Assembly (NCBI RefSeq): GCF_963676685.1
Contig: NC_092345.1
Location: forward strand, 11,346,001 to 11,410,000
DNA: 64,000 bases
Reading direction: 5' to 3'
From: Mytilus edulis
Taxonomy: Eukaryota
Shown: in pieces, positions 12,901 to 24,628 of the stretch
Layout of the letters: the number at the start of each line of letters is the position of its first letter
Numbering within the stretch: the stretch's first letter is position 1
Notes under the pieces: generated by a model
What the model was told of the DNA's origin: nothing
Databases searched by the model: none
The model's input: the letters and a program-made list of their open reading frames with translations, nothing else
Translations under genes and position numbers: made by a program

Positions 12901-15900
12901 CAAAAATAAACAATAAAGAATTGTGGTATGATTTTAAAAGAAACAACTATCCACAAAAGACCAAATTTTGAGGATGTAAGCCTTAATAATTATGTCATTT
13001 TATGGCTTTCAGCAATGAGCAAATCGAAAACCCGTATAAAAAACTATAAAAGGTCCTAACATGATAAAAATGTGACACAATTCAAAATAGATTACCTACG
13101 GCTTAATTTATACTTATAAACGGAAAAAATAAATATGAAAGACTTCAACCAAAGACAACCACTGATTTAAAGGCTCCTGACTGCCGTCAGACGCGTTCAT
13201 ATGTTGCGGGATTAAACGTCATTGTGAGCGCTCAACCCTTCCCTAAAATGGGAGAGTAGAATAACACACAGTATCAACTATAGACATCATTTTGAAAAGG
13301 CTTGACTTTATGTTTAAGTAATCTAACAACTTTTTGAACACTTATATGTTTCAATCATTATTTATATAATAATTATTATATAATAAATGAGCTCTGTCTC
13401 CTTGACCTATATATATATATATACATACATTCCTCTGAATTGGGGGTTGCACTATGTCGTGTCGCTGCTCTTGGTTAAAATCCGGCACATTATCTCTATT
13501 TCCTCTTAACCGAAACATGCCTGGCAAAGGCTGTATATCCGGTCTATGACCGTTTTCATCTGCCCTCTGGAATCGGTTTGGATCCGGTCCTCTTCTATTA
13601 TATAGCAGTCTAGGTCTTGGTTGGGGAAGTATGGAGGGCTCAACATCTGTTCTCTGGTTGTTTTCGTCTGTCCGAATATTCCTCTGGAATGGGTTTTCGT
13701 CCGATCCTCTTCTATGGTGTTGCAGTCTAGGTCTTGGTTGGGGCAGTATGGAGGGCTCACCGTCTATTTCTATAAGGGGAAAAAACTTGGTTTTTGAGGG
13801 TGAAATTCATCATAAAAAATGCTTAAACGTTGCATACTTATGATAATATGACCAACACATTATAAATCATGTAGGTCAAAAGTTGGAGGACATATTTTAA
13901 AATTTCAAATAAGCAGCAATATTATACTCACAAAGGCGAGTGGAAATTATGCTTACTCTTCTTACTCTTTAAGAGATCTTGAAAATATCGGTCCTACTAT
14001 AAAAGTTAGAATAAATAATATCATAAAACATTTTCGCTCAATTTCCTTTTTTTTCCAAGTCCCACTCTTTACTCTTTACATACCACTTGTTTTACACACC
14101 ATATACCACATAACACATTTTGTTACCCACTAAATCCCACATCCCAAAAGCGAACCATCCCTTCGTATATTGTTTTCGAATGTTCCCAAAAAAACATTTA
14201 TTTGGCATCAGAATCTGATGTTTGTTTTTTCTTGTTAGTAACTTCGTTAATATAGCTTCATATCAATTTACACTTTCGAGGCGTCTTAGTTTTTTACGGG
14301 GTCAGTAACCAGAGGCGGATTTAGAGGGGGCCAGGGGGCCCGGGTCCCCCCTTTTTGGGAAAAAAATTGGTTGCTTATATAGAAAATCACTGAAGCGTAA
14401 CTGGAGTGGGCCCCCTCTTCGCGCAGTCAGTGCGCGAAAATTTCTAGATCCGCCAGTGGTAACGTTGTCCAATCTTTATTTTTGTGTATTTGGTGTTTTG
14501 TTGGTTTTTTTCTGTTTTGATAATTGCTTTATTTACTCCTTTGCTATCTAATTCGAACTGCATCTATGCTTTCGGTAATTTTGTTTTAACTTCGATGAGT
14601 GGGCGACAATGGCTGTAGATATAATAACTTAATCATATTGTGCCTTTCTGTGACTTTTTCTTGTCTACTTCTACTTGGACAACTTTAGTTTTGGATGTTG
14701 ACAAATCTTTGTAACAATATTCACAAAGTGATGCAATATCTTTTTTCTGCATCATATACCTGTTTCGTCTGAACTGCTGTCTATTAATGTGCCGGGACCG
14801 AACACATGTAGCCCTGGACTGGATGGAAGTGTTCCCATCATAGATGGCCCTCGAACTGATCTGCCGAAGTTCATCTGTTGAACATAAAAATATGCAATTA
14901 TTACCTTCTTTTTTTTAAACTTATTTGAAACATGAAATTGCACCAGTCTTAACCGAATCACATTGAACATGAAGATTGTAAAAAGATTCAAAAGCTGTTC
15001 GGTTTCAATGTTTTTATTTTATAGTGAGTATTTAGTTTAGTCTTGTTTTGATAGGGTTCGCCGTTTTGACATATTTCAGTTCAAGATAAGGCTTCGTTTA
15101 TACATGTTTCCTGTTAGATAGTGTTCGGATTAGACAGATTTTCGTTTTAGACAAGGTTCAGTTTATACATATTAGGATAGTGTTCACTTCCTATAATTCG
15201 TTGTCTAATTAAAGAGGTAAACCTTACTTCTGTCGGACTATGTTTACCTTAGCTGTATTTGGCAAAATTTTTAGGAATATTTGGTCATCAATGCTCTTCA
15301 ACTTCGTACATTATTTGGCATTTTAACATCTTTTTATTCGAGGTCACTGACGAGTCTTTTGTAGACCAAACGCGCGTCTGGCGTAAATATAAAATTTCAA
15401 TCCTGGTATCTATGATGAGTTTTTTTATTGTATGAGACAGCTCTGGTTTTGATTAAATGAAACTCTTAAAAGAAGTATAGACCCGAAGGCGTTCCCGTTG
15501 TAAGTGTTTCAATATAGAAATTGATGAATGCAGTCGAATCTGAATAATTTAAGTGTCTTAATAATATTCTTTGAGAAATGTTTCTCTTGTCAACCTGCAT
15601 TTTTTATTAGCCATACACTCTGCTGTTACAAAGGATTTTAACGACATACTACAAATCACACACTTGTTGTTTTAAAAATCTCTGATCATATGCGTCTAGT
15701 ATCAAAATTATGGACGTCAAGTTGGTTACTTATTCCTTATTCCCTATTCGTAACCTATTCCCTATTCCCTATTTGTTACCTATTCCCTATTCCCTATTCG
15801 TTACCTATTCGTTACCTATTTCCTATTCCCTATTCGTTACCTATTCGTTACCTATTCCCTATTCCCTATTCGTTACCTATTCGTTTCTTATTCCCTATTC

Positions 15901-18900
15901 CCTATCGTTACCTATTCGTTACTTATTCCCTATTCCTTATTCGTTACTTATTCGATTTTTAATATCCTTCTCCCTTTTTAATTGTTTATACTCTTATATC
16001 TGGTTATAGTTCTAAATTTGTTGAGGTAAAATGATCTTTTAGACCTATTTATATGTGTTTGTGCTCAACCGATCCTTTTACTTTATGTTCGATACTCATT
16101 TGTTCCTTATTTGATTTTTATGCGTTCTACCTTTTAACTGCTTTATGTCCGTATGTTTGAAGATGGATCTTGGTTCGAAGCGATGAAATCACCGTGTTAG
16201 CGCTTGTATAAAAAAGAAGATGTGGTATGATTGCCAATGAGACAACACCCCACAATAGACCAAAATGACACAGAAATTATCAACTATAGGTCACTGTACG
16301 GCCTTCAACAATGAGCATAGCCCAAACCGTGTAGTCACCTATAAAAGGTCCAGACATGACAATCTCAAACAATTCAAACAATAAAACTAACGGCCGTTTT
16401 TCATATACAAAAAAATAAACGGAAAACAAATATGTAACACAAAAACAAACGATAACTACTTAATTTCAGGCTCTTGTCTAGGGACAGGTACATACTAACA
16501 TATTGTGGTGGGGTAACATGTTAGCAAGGGTGTACATCGTTTCGGAGCATACTATTACCTTGTTTAATTCGTTCCATCAGTCGCTTATAATTCGCTTATA
16601 ATACATGTATCATACGTTGCACCTTTTAAAACATGATTTTCAATTGTTTTGTTGTCTCTGGTGGTAGATTTGGGTTCTTAGAGGTAATATAACTCTATAA
16701 GCGCATATGTACCCGTTCCAGCGCTCGGATAATACCCTATTAAATATTCGTTACTTATTCGCTTTTAATACGTTTGTTGTACGTTGCACCTTTTAGAAAA
16801 GGATTTTCAATTGTGTTCATATCTCTGTTGGTAATAATGTGTTCTTATAGATGAAATACCCCTATTATCGCGTATGTACCCGTTTCAGCGCCCGACTGAT
16901 ACCCTGTTACTTATTCGTTCCTTATTCGCTTTAAATACGCGTGGTATACGTTGCACCTTGGAATAAATCGATTATCTATTGCTTTCATGTCTCTGGCGGT
17001 AATTATGTGTTCTCTGAAGTGACAAAAAAAACCTATTGGCGCATATGTACTCGTTTCAGCGCAACACTGATACCCTGTTCCTTATTCGTTTCTTATTCGC
17101 CTATTCAACGTGTGTTATGCGTTGCACTTTAAAAAAAAGAAATATGTTTGTGTCTCTGGGGGTAACTGTCGGTTCTTAGAGGTGAAATAACCCTAATCGA
17201 ACATATGTACCCGTTTCAGCGCTCGACTGATACCCTGTTACTTATTCGTTCCTTATTCGCTTTTAAAACGTGTGTTATGCGTTGCACTTTAAGAAAGAAA
17301 TATGTTTGTGTCTCTGGTGGTAACTGTCGGTTATTATAGGTGAAATTACTCTAATAGAATATATGTACCCGTTTCAGCGCCCGACTGATACCCTGTTACT
17401 TATTCGTTCCTTATTCGCTTTAAATACGCGTGGTATACGTTGCACCTTGGAATAAATCGATTATCTATTGCTTTCATGTCTCTGGCGGTAATTATGTGTT
17501 CTCTGAAGTGAAAAAAACCCTATTAGCGCATATGTACTCGTTTCAGCGCAACACTGATACCCTGTTACTTATTTGTTTCTTATTCGCTTATAAAACGTGT
17601 GTTATGCGTTGCACTTTAAAAAAAAAGAAATATGTTTGTGTCTCTGGTGGTAACTGTCGGTTCTTAGAGGTGAAATAACCCTAATCGAACATATTTACCC
17701 GTTTCAGCGCTCGACTGATACCCTGTTACTTATTCGTTCCTTATTCGCTTTAAATACGCGTGCTATGCGTTGCACCTTGAAATAAGAATAAGTAACAAGG
17801 TATTAGCCGAGCGCTGGAACGGGTACATACGCGCTAATAGGGTTATTTCATCTATAAGAACCCGTTATTACCAACAGAGATATGAACACAATTGAAAATC
17901 CTTTTCTAAAAGGTGCAACGTACAACAAACGTATTAAAAGCGAATAAGTAACGAATATTTAACAGGGTATTATCCGAGCGCTGGAACGGGTACATATGCG
18001 CTTATAGAGTTATATCACCTCTAAGAACCAAAATCTACCACCAGAGACAACAAAACAATTGAAAATCATGTTTTAAAAGGTGCAACGTATGATACACGTA
18101 TTATAAGCGAATTATAAGCGACTGATGGAACAAATTAAACAAGGTAATAGCATGCTCCGAAACGATGTACACCCTGCTAACATGTTTAACCCCACCACAA
18201 TATGTTAGTATGTGCCTGTCCCTAGACAAGAGCCTGAAATTAAGTAGTTATCGTTTGTTTTTGTGTTACATATTTGTTTTCCGTTTATTTTTTTGTATAT
18301 GAAATACGGCCGTTAGTTTTGTTGTTTGAATTGTTTGGGATTGTCATGTCTGGACCTTTTATAGGTGACTACACGGTTTGGGCTATGCTCATTGTTGAAG
18401 GCCGTACAGTGACCTATAGTTGATAATTTCTGTGTCATTTTGATCTATTGTGGGGTGTTGTCTCATTGGCAATCATACCACATCTTCTTTTTTATACAAG
18501 CGCTAACACGGTGATTTCATCGCTTCGAACCAAGATCCATCTTCAAACATACGGACATAAAGCAGTTAAAAGGTAGAACGTATAAAAATCAAATAAGGAA
18601 CAAATGAGTATCGAACATAAAGTAAAAGGATCGGTTGAGCACAAACACGTATAAATAGGTCATAAAAAGATCATTTTACCTCAACAAATTTAGAACTATT
18701 ACCAGATATAAGAGTATAAACAATTAAAAAGGGGAAAGGATATTAAAAATCGAATAAGTAACGAATGAGGAATAGGGAATAAGTAACGAATAGGTAACGA
18801 TAGGGAATAGGGAATAAGTAACGAATAGGTAACGAATAGGGAATAGGGAATAGGTAACGAATAGGGAATATGGAATAGGTAACGAATAGGGAATATGGAA

Positions 18901-20788
18901 TAGGTAACGAATAGGTAACGAATAGAGAATAGGGAATAGGTAACGAATAGGTAACGAATAGGGAATAGGGAATAGGTAACGAATAGGTTACGAATAGGGA
19001 ATAGGGAATAGGTAACGAATAGGTAACGAATAGGGAATAGGGAATAGGTAACGAATAGGGAATAGGGAATAAGTAACCAACTTGACGTCAATATCAAAAT
19101 TAATGTAATTTCATATCTGAAAGACAGTATATAAAAGTCAAGTTCCCATGATAGGTTGGTTTAGAGGTTCTCACTTATCATGATTTTAGATATAAGAATA
19201 AAGTAATGAATAATTAACATACAGAAGTGATCATTTCATGTTGGCGAACCCAAAAGGGTACACATAATTATTTTTTTTTAAATAATTGTTTACACTTATA
19301 AAAATCAAAGATCCAATGCAGAGAAATGGCAATATCCAATAAAAATAATGAAAAACGATAAATGGAATTACCAAAAACATTAAACAGTTCAACACACACA
19401 CCAGTAAATACTGAACAAAAGTATCAGGCTTATATTTGGTAGGCCAGGCGTGCGTTTTGTCTACTCACAAGACTCATCAGTGACGCTCAGATAAAAATAG
19501 TTAGAAAGCCAAACAAGTATAAAGTTGAAGAGCATTTAGAACCCAAAACTCCAAAAAAAGTTGTGCCTAATACGGCTAAGGTGATCTATACCTGGGATAA
19601 GAAAATCCTCAGTATTTCGAATAATTTATAATTTTGTTCACAGTAAATTATAAAAATGACCATATAATTGATATTCATGTCAACACCAAAGTACTGACTA
19701 CTAGGCTCGTAATACACCCGGGAACAAAACGTCCACTAGCATTGACATCGACCCAGTGGTAAATAGATATCAAAGGTACCAGGCTTTTAATTTGATACAT
19801 TAGACGTGTAAAAGACTTACAAGCAAAACAAACAATTACAGACACAAAGCATGGTAAAGATAGCATGACTTGGAACAAACACAAAATGTTGCAGGGTTAA
19901 ACAAGTTTCCCCTGTGTCCCTTCTCCGTCCCGTTTTGCTTATTTGAACCGTATGCCATAAAAGTAATATATTGATTAAATAAAACGTGCCCAGACCAGCT
20001 ACCACTAAACTGACCATCAGTAATAACAGGCTGCATGAACTAGTGAGAGGCGAATAACCATTTAAAAATCGTCAGACCAGTGAAAGAAATACCACTTCAA
20101 CTAAATTGGTAAATAAACCCTGTAGCTATTGCTGTTGAACAATGTGAGAACCCTCCCAACTTTCACGTGTATACATTTTAATGTTGAAGTCCTATTTACG
20201 GCATTAAAATAGAATTTAGGGCGAGAAATAACAAATGCAAGGATATTTTTTCGGACAAATAGCTGTTCTAATAATAACATTTCTCATTTATTTTCAAGAT
20301 CAGTTGTATATAAGATGTCAGAGTGTTATATATATCTCGCATACTTTACAACTTCTGTAATACAATTAAGTAATAAGTGCTCAATTTACTAGTAATTGTT
20401 TTACCTGATTACTTGGCCTAAGTCCATGCATGCTGTGTAATGCCTCATTTAGCTGCGGAACTCGTCCATCCTCATTTTGCCTTTGCCATCCATTCCCATC
20501 ACCTCCTGCTAATCTTTGGGCAACCTCTCTATCGTGGAGCTCTTGCTCGAGATGTTCTTGTTCTTGCAACTGCAATGCAATAACTGCACTGTGGTCTTCG
20601 TCAATATCTGGAGGTAACGGTGTCTGGACTTCTCTTTTTTGAAGTCTTAATGCCAAAGCAGCATCAGGATTTCTCCTGACACTTTCGGTTAAAGGTCTCT
20701 GAGCAGCTTCGTATGCAGAAGCAGCAATTTCATTCTGAAGAACCCGTTTTTCAAAATCATCATCGACATGAAACATGCGAAAAGCCAT
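9946..20788 (-). CDS. RING-H2 E3 ubiquitin ligase (RNF38/44/Arkadia/BIG BROTHER-like C-terminus) with N-terminal MIU-like motifs, ~419 aa
   Basis: Coding exons 20788-20405, 14874-14760, 13769-13429, 12501-12367, 11233-10997, 9993-9946 are GT-AG and in phase. C-terminus: DIDVDDYEALWELQERNGDVRSKGL...CSICLNEYKDGESIKTLPCFHSYHKTCIDKWLKSQAVCPVCR (C3H2C3). A probable non-coding first exon ends at 21411 (GTAAG donor). Confidence 0.85.
14310..14458. mobile_element. MITE, CAGAGGCGGAT TIR, 5-bp TSD GTAAC (hAT5-like)
   Basis: gtaac|CAGAGGCGGATTTAG...CTAGATCCGCCAGTG|gtaac. Its internal sequence is shared with 47673-47791. Confidence 0.75.
15225..15425 (+). repeat. Dispersed repeat family B (…TCAATGCTCTTCAACTTCGTAC…CCTGGTATCTATGATGAGTTT)
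   Basis: Related copies at ~6690-6900 (+), and reverse copies at ~700-960, 1330-1460, 12735-12830 and 19440-19820. Confidence 0.65.
15711..19091. mobile_element. Non-autonomous foldback (FB/TU/Mutator-like) element with ~1.2-1.3 kb inverted arms and 11-bp TSD
   Basis: Termini TGGACGTCAAGTTGGTTACTTATTCC and GGAATAAGTAACCAACTTGACGTCAA. Direct repeat TATCAAAATTA at 15700-15710 and 19092-19102. Arms ~15711-16920 and ~17787-19091 are near-identical reverse complements. The spacer consists of ~163-bp tandem units. Confidence 0.9.
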
Positions 20789-21605
20789 TAGATCAATGCA
20801 TCATTCTACAATAAAATATAAAGAATCTAGTCTTTTTTGAAATAGTAAGTTATTTTCCTATTTGGTAAACATCTCTTTAAATCACATTTGTAGCGGAACA
20901 CGTTAAAAAGTATTCTCATTTTGATTGATGTACTGTGTGAATATTATTTTAAACATACCAGAAAGTATTTCTATAGAAATATGTAATCTTATTGATTATC
21001 ATTGAATCATAATGAAGATAAATGGAATCACCAAAAATATTAAACATGCAGTACGTACAATAGAACACACCAACCATGCACCAACGAAAGATTGCTCCAA
21101 AATCCTAGACTTGCAAACAAAACAAACAAATACAGAGACAACACAAAACTTTGTAGAAAATAAGAATAGAGGGACACTACTACAATATATTGTAACACAT
21201 GTTGTATTGCGCATTAAATAAGTTACAAATTAAAGAACAGTATAGCAAACAATTGAAGTGCATGTCCTTATTCAGCTCAGGACTGTGCTTTCGGAATTTA
21301 TATATGACTTTAAAAAAATCAAACGAATTACTTCTGACAAACTGGAAAAAAAACAACATACACATAAAAGAAATAAAATAAGATGAAACAAAACATTAAA
21401 TCAAACTTACGAGTAAATTAAATAACTGTCAAATTCTCTAACCTGACGACAATTTATATCGTATCGCTTTCTAAGATCGCTTGTGTGCTTGGCCTAGCTA
21501 GAATGTGTATTCAAAACGACAATATTTTCCCCTTCTTTTGTTGTAATAACATTTTGTAATTGTCTAATCGAAACTAAAACATGTGAAACACTTGCTGCTG
21601 TACGC

Positions 21606-21620
21606 AGAATATTCTAGAAG
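21606..21620. promoter_or_regulatory. Putative heat-shock element (three inverted nGAAn units)
   Basis: aGAAt-aTTCt-aGAAg lies ~200 nt upstream of the donor of the RING gene's putative non-coding first exon. Confidence 0.45.
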
Positions 21621-23004
21621 AGTTCTATCGAATGATCCAATACTAACAAGAAGTAACAAAGTTACTTTCGTTTCTACCTGCATATAGGAATGAGGTCATC
21701 GAAAGTTTTATCTCGATTTTGTAGTGCTTATATTTATTACAGTTCTCATATCTTCCCATGGTGATATTAAGAAAACAATTTATCACGATATATGTGAAAC
21801 CTTCAGATTAATGTCATTTAACGTGTTAACATAAATATATTTAATATATCGACTTTTACTCGACAAAAAAATTCTACTTTCAACAATACGAATTTCGTTT
21901 ACCATATAGTTACAGGTTAAACATTAGTTTATTCATACAATGTGGAAATCTCTGATGATAGAAAGTCAGAACTTACCCATTTTCGTGAATAAAAACAATT
22001 AAAGTCTGAGTAAATAGTGGCTGACTACACAGTTCCGGTGTTAAGAACCTGTATTTAATTTCCTTGTTGCTGTATGTTTACTAGTATACATATCTATAAA
22101 TAAAACATTTCACATGAATGTGTTGATATTATCATGCTTTATTATCTGTAATTATATTATTCATAAATTTCATATTGAATTCAGGAATCCATATACAAAA
22201 TTCCAGGAAATGTTAATCGATTTTGAATCAATTTTTCTTTGTAATATATAAAACTTTTTTTGCAAGTTCAAGAAGTTTGGGGTAATTGGTGTAATAATCT
22301 GGTCTAAAAATATGCTACATTTTGGCTAATGGCAATTTGACATTTTGGCTAAATTTTTATATGTAAATGTAAATTTTCATGTTAAGTATAATATATATAT
22401 ATCTTTTTTTTGTATATGCTAATATTCTATTAATTTGTAATAAATGGCATTCTATTTATAACATTTTCTTGTTTTATAAATGTACCAATAATCAGTTTGC
22501 CAAACAGTGTTTGTTTAAAATACGAATTCAAAGTCAGTATATGTAAATATATGTAAATGTGTATATTTGTTTTTATTTTTGCACAATTTTTTTATTGATC
22601 ATTGCACTCATAAAATTGTTAACTTTAGACGTTTCATGGTACTTTTCTATTTGAGTGTGAATTCACATTATTATAAGACGTGTCACGGTTCTTTTCTATC
22701 CCAAATTCATGTATTTAGTTTTGATGTTATATATATATGTTGTATTTGTTATTCTCATCGGATTTTGTCTAATGCTTATAGCTCGTTTCTTTGTGTGCTA
22801 CATTTTAATGTTGTGTCGTTGTTTTCCTGTTATAAGTAATGTGTTTCCCTCAGTTAGTTTGTAACCCGGATTTGTTTTTTTCTATGGATTTATGAGTTTT
22901 GAACAGCGGTATACTTCTGTTGCCTTTATCTAAATTAATAAGTGTCTGTTTGCGATGCGCCGACGAATAGTCATCAATGTGCTAATATTTCGTCGTACGG
23001 TGTA

Positions 23005-23488
23005 GAATAAGAAAAAGAATATTAAGAATAAGAATACGAATATTTGTTATTCCAATCAAGGGCCCATGCATGACATGACTTTTTTGTACACATAAAACAA
23101 TACATCATGATTTTTTACAGATAGTATTGAAATGAAAAATTCAAAAGTTCAGATAGATGTTAATTATTATCTCCATTCTATAAAAATCACATACATTAAT
23201 TCCAGACAGGACCAGAACCATAAAATTATTACAATAAGCATCACATTATTATTACATGCAGTAATTTACATTTCGTCTAACATCTAGACATGTAGCCTAG
23301 TAATATATATGTTCCTTAAATATTTAAGTATAGACAAATTTTCATATAAGTAAATAACCAAACAAATTTTGCCTCATTTGAGAGATGTGAAAAATAAGGA
23401 CAAATACTGTTTATCTCCTTGAAAAATATCTCCCTATCATCTTTGTGTGCTGGACAACTAGTTATAAAATGTTGTTCATCTTCAACCC
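23005..23488 (-). mobile_element. 5'-truncated LINE 3' end, related to the 60594-62208 element
   Basis: Minus strand reads VEDEQHFITSCPAHKDDREIFF...KFVWLF (compare VEDELHFLIECP...KFIWLL) and ends in a (TATTCT)n-like tail. Confidence 0.75.
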
Positions 23489-23861
23489 TTTACGTACGAA
23501 AAGGGTAAAATAAAGCACACATGTATAAACGATATTATATTTGAACTATTTATATTTGAAAAGTTTTATGCACGATATAGCATCACTGTCCTACCGTGAA
23601 ATGAAACAATCAAGTGCAATTCATCTGAACTCATGATCAGTTACGTTAATTATTCTTGGGAGTTCTTAAAAACGGCCGCAGTCGTGTCATGATAAAAGGC
23701 ATATTTATACTTCGTGATTATCTGCTATATAAATAGAATCATATGATTTAAAAAATGGAGTCAGGCCGTAACCGGCAGTAATAATTCAATTTTAACCACA
23801 AAAACAGTACGTACTAATGAAAAGATCGTTAAAAAGACGTTTTTACTAATTATTTATTTAT

Positions 23862-24130
23862 TTATTTAATGTTTTATTTAAACAAAATTATTTAATGTTT
23901 TATTTAAACAAAATTATTTAATGTTTTATTTAAACAAAATTATTTAATGTTTTATTTAAACAAAATTATTTAATGTTTTATTTAAACAAAATTATTTAAT
24001 GTTTTATTTAAACAAAATTATTTAATGTTTTATTTAAACAAAATTATTTTTATATTATTTTATTATATTTATTTTTATATTATTTTATTATATTTATTTT
24101 TATATTATTTTATTATATTTATTTTTATAT
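23862..24130. repeat. AT-rich minisatellite: 26-bp unit x~7 followed by a ~23-bp unit array
   Basis: Unit TTATTTAATGTTTTATTTAAACAAAA repeats with period 26. Confidence 0.9.
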
Positions 24131-24628
24131 TCTTTTCTTTTTTTATTTACTTATTCATCAATTTATTTATTCATTTATTTATTCAAATTTTTGCTCTATA
24201 AATTTTTATTAAATTTTACCTATTATTCTAAATTATGTCAATTACCACATGATAAAAATATATTATTTAATGCCCAAAAAGGCGCAAGCCAGGGCCGACC
24301 GTGCAAGGGCTGTATAGCCAGTCAAGGTCGTTAAAAACTTCTATTTGTTGTTCATCAATTATCATCTTGTTACCAAGCAATAACAGTTGTTATAAAAGAC
24401 ATCCAACAACAATAGACAATGGTGAACGTTTTTGGAAAGTAACTGATGCAAATGCATTAGGGGACGACCATTTGATATTCTAAAGGGGGGGGGGGGCTGT
24501 TTAGGATCGGTTACTTTTTTTGTAGACTAAGAAGACAGATTATTCCACCGTTGAAGCATGAATTAATTTTCATTAAAACAAGGGACTGATTTTTTATTTT
24601 CATAACTAATTTATATTATTTGAAAACA

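Noticed and set aside
13506-13760. ORF-track protein MSPPYCPNQDLDC...
   Set aside because: Wrong frame. Splice phases place this exon in the EPSILPQPRPRL frame, which stays open to the donor at 13429.
15690-19097. PYSLF/IRYLF repeat ORFs (15690-16009, 18699-19097) and duplicated ORFs at 16941 and 17430
   Set aside because: These are translations of foldback tandem repeats, with no transposase motifs.
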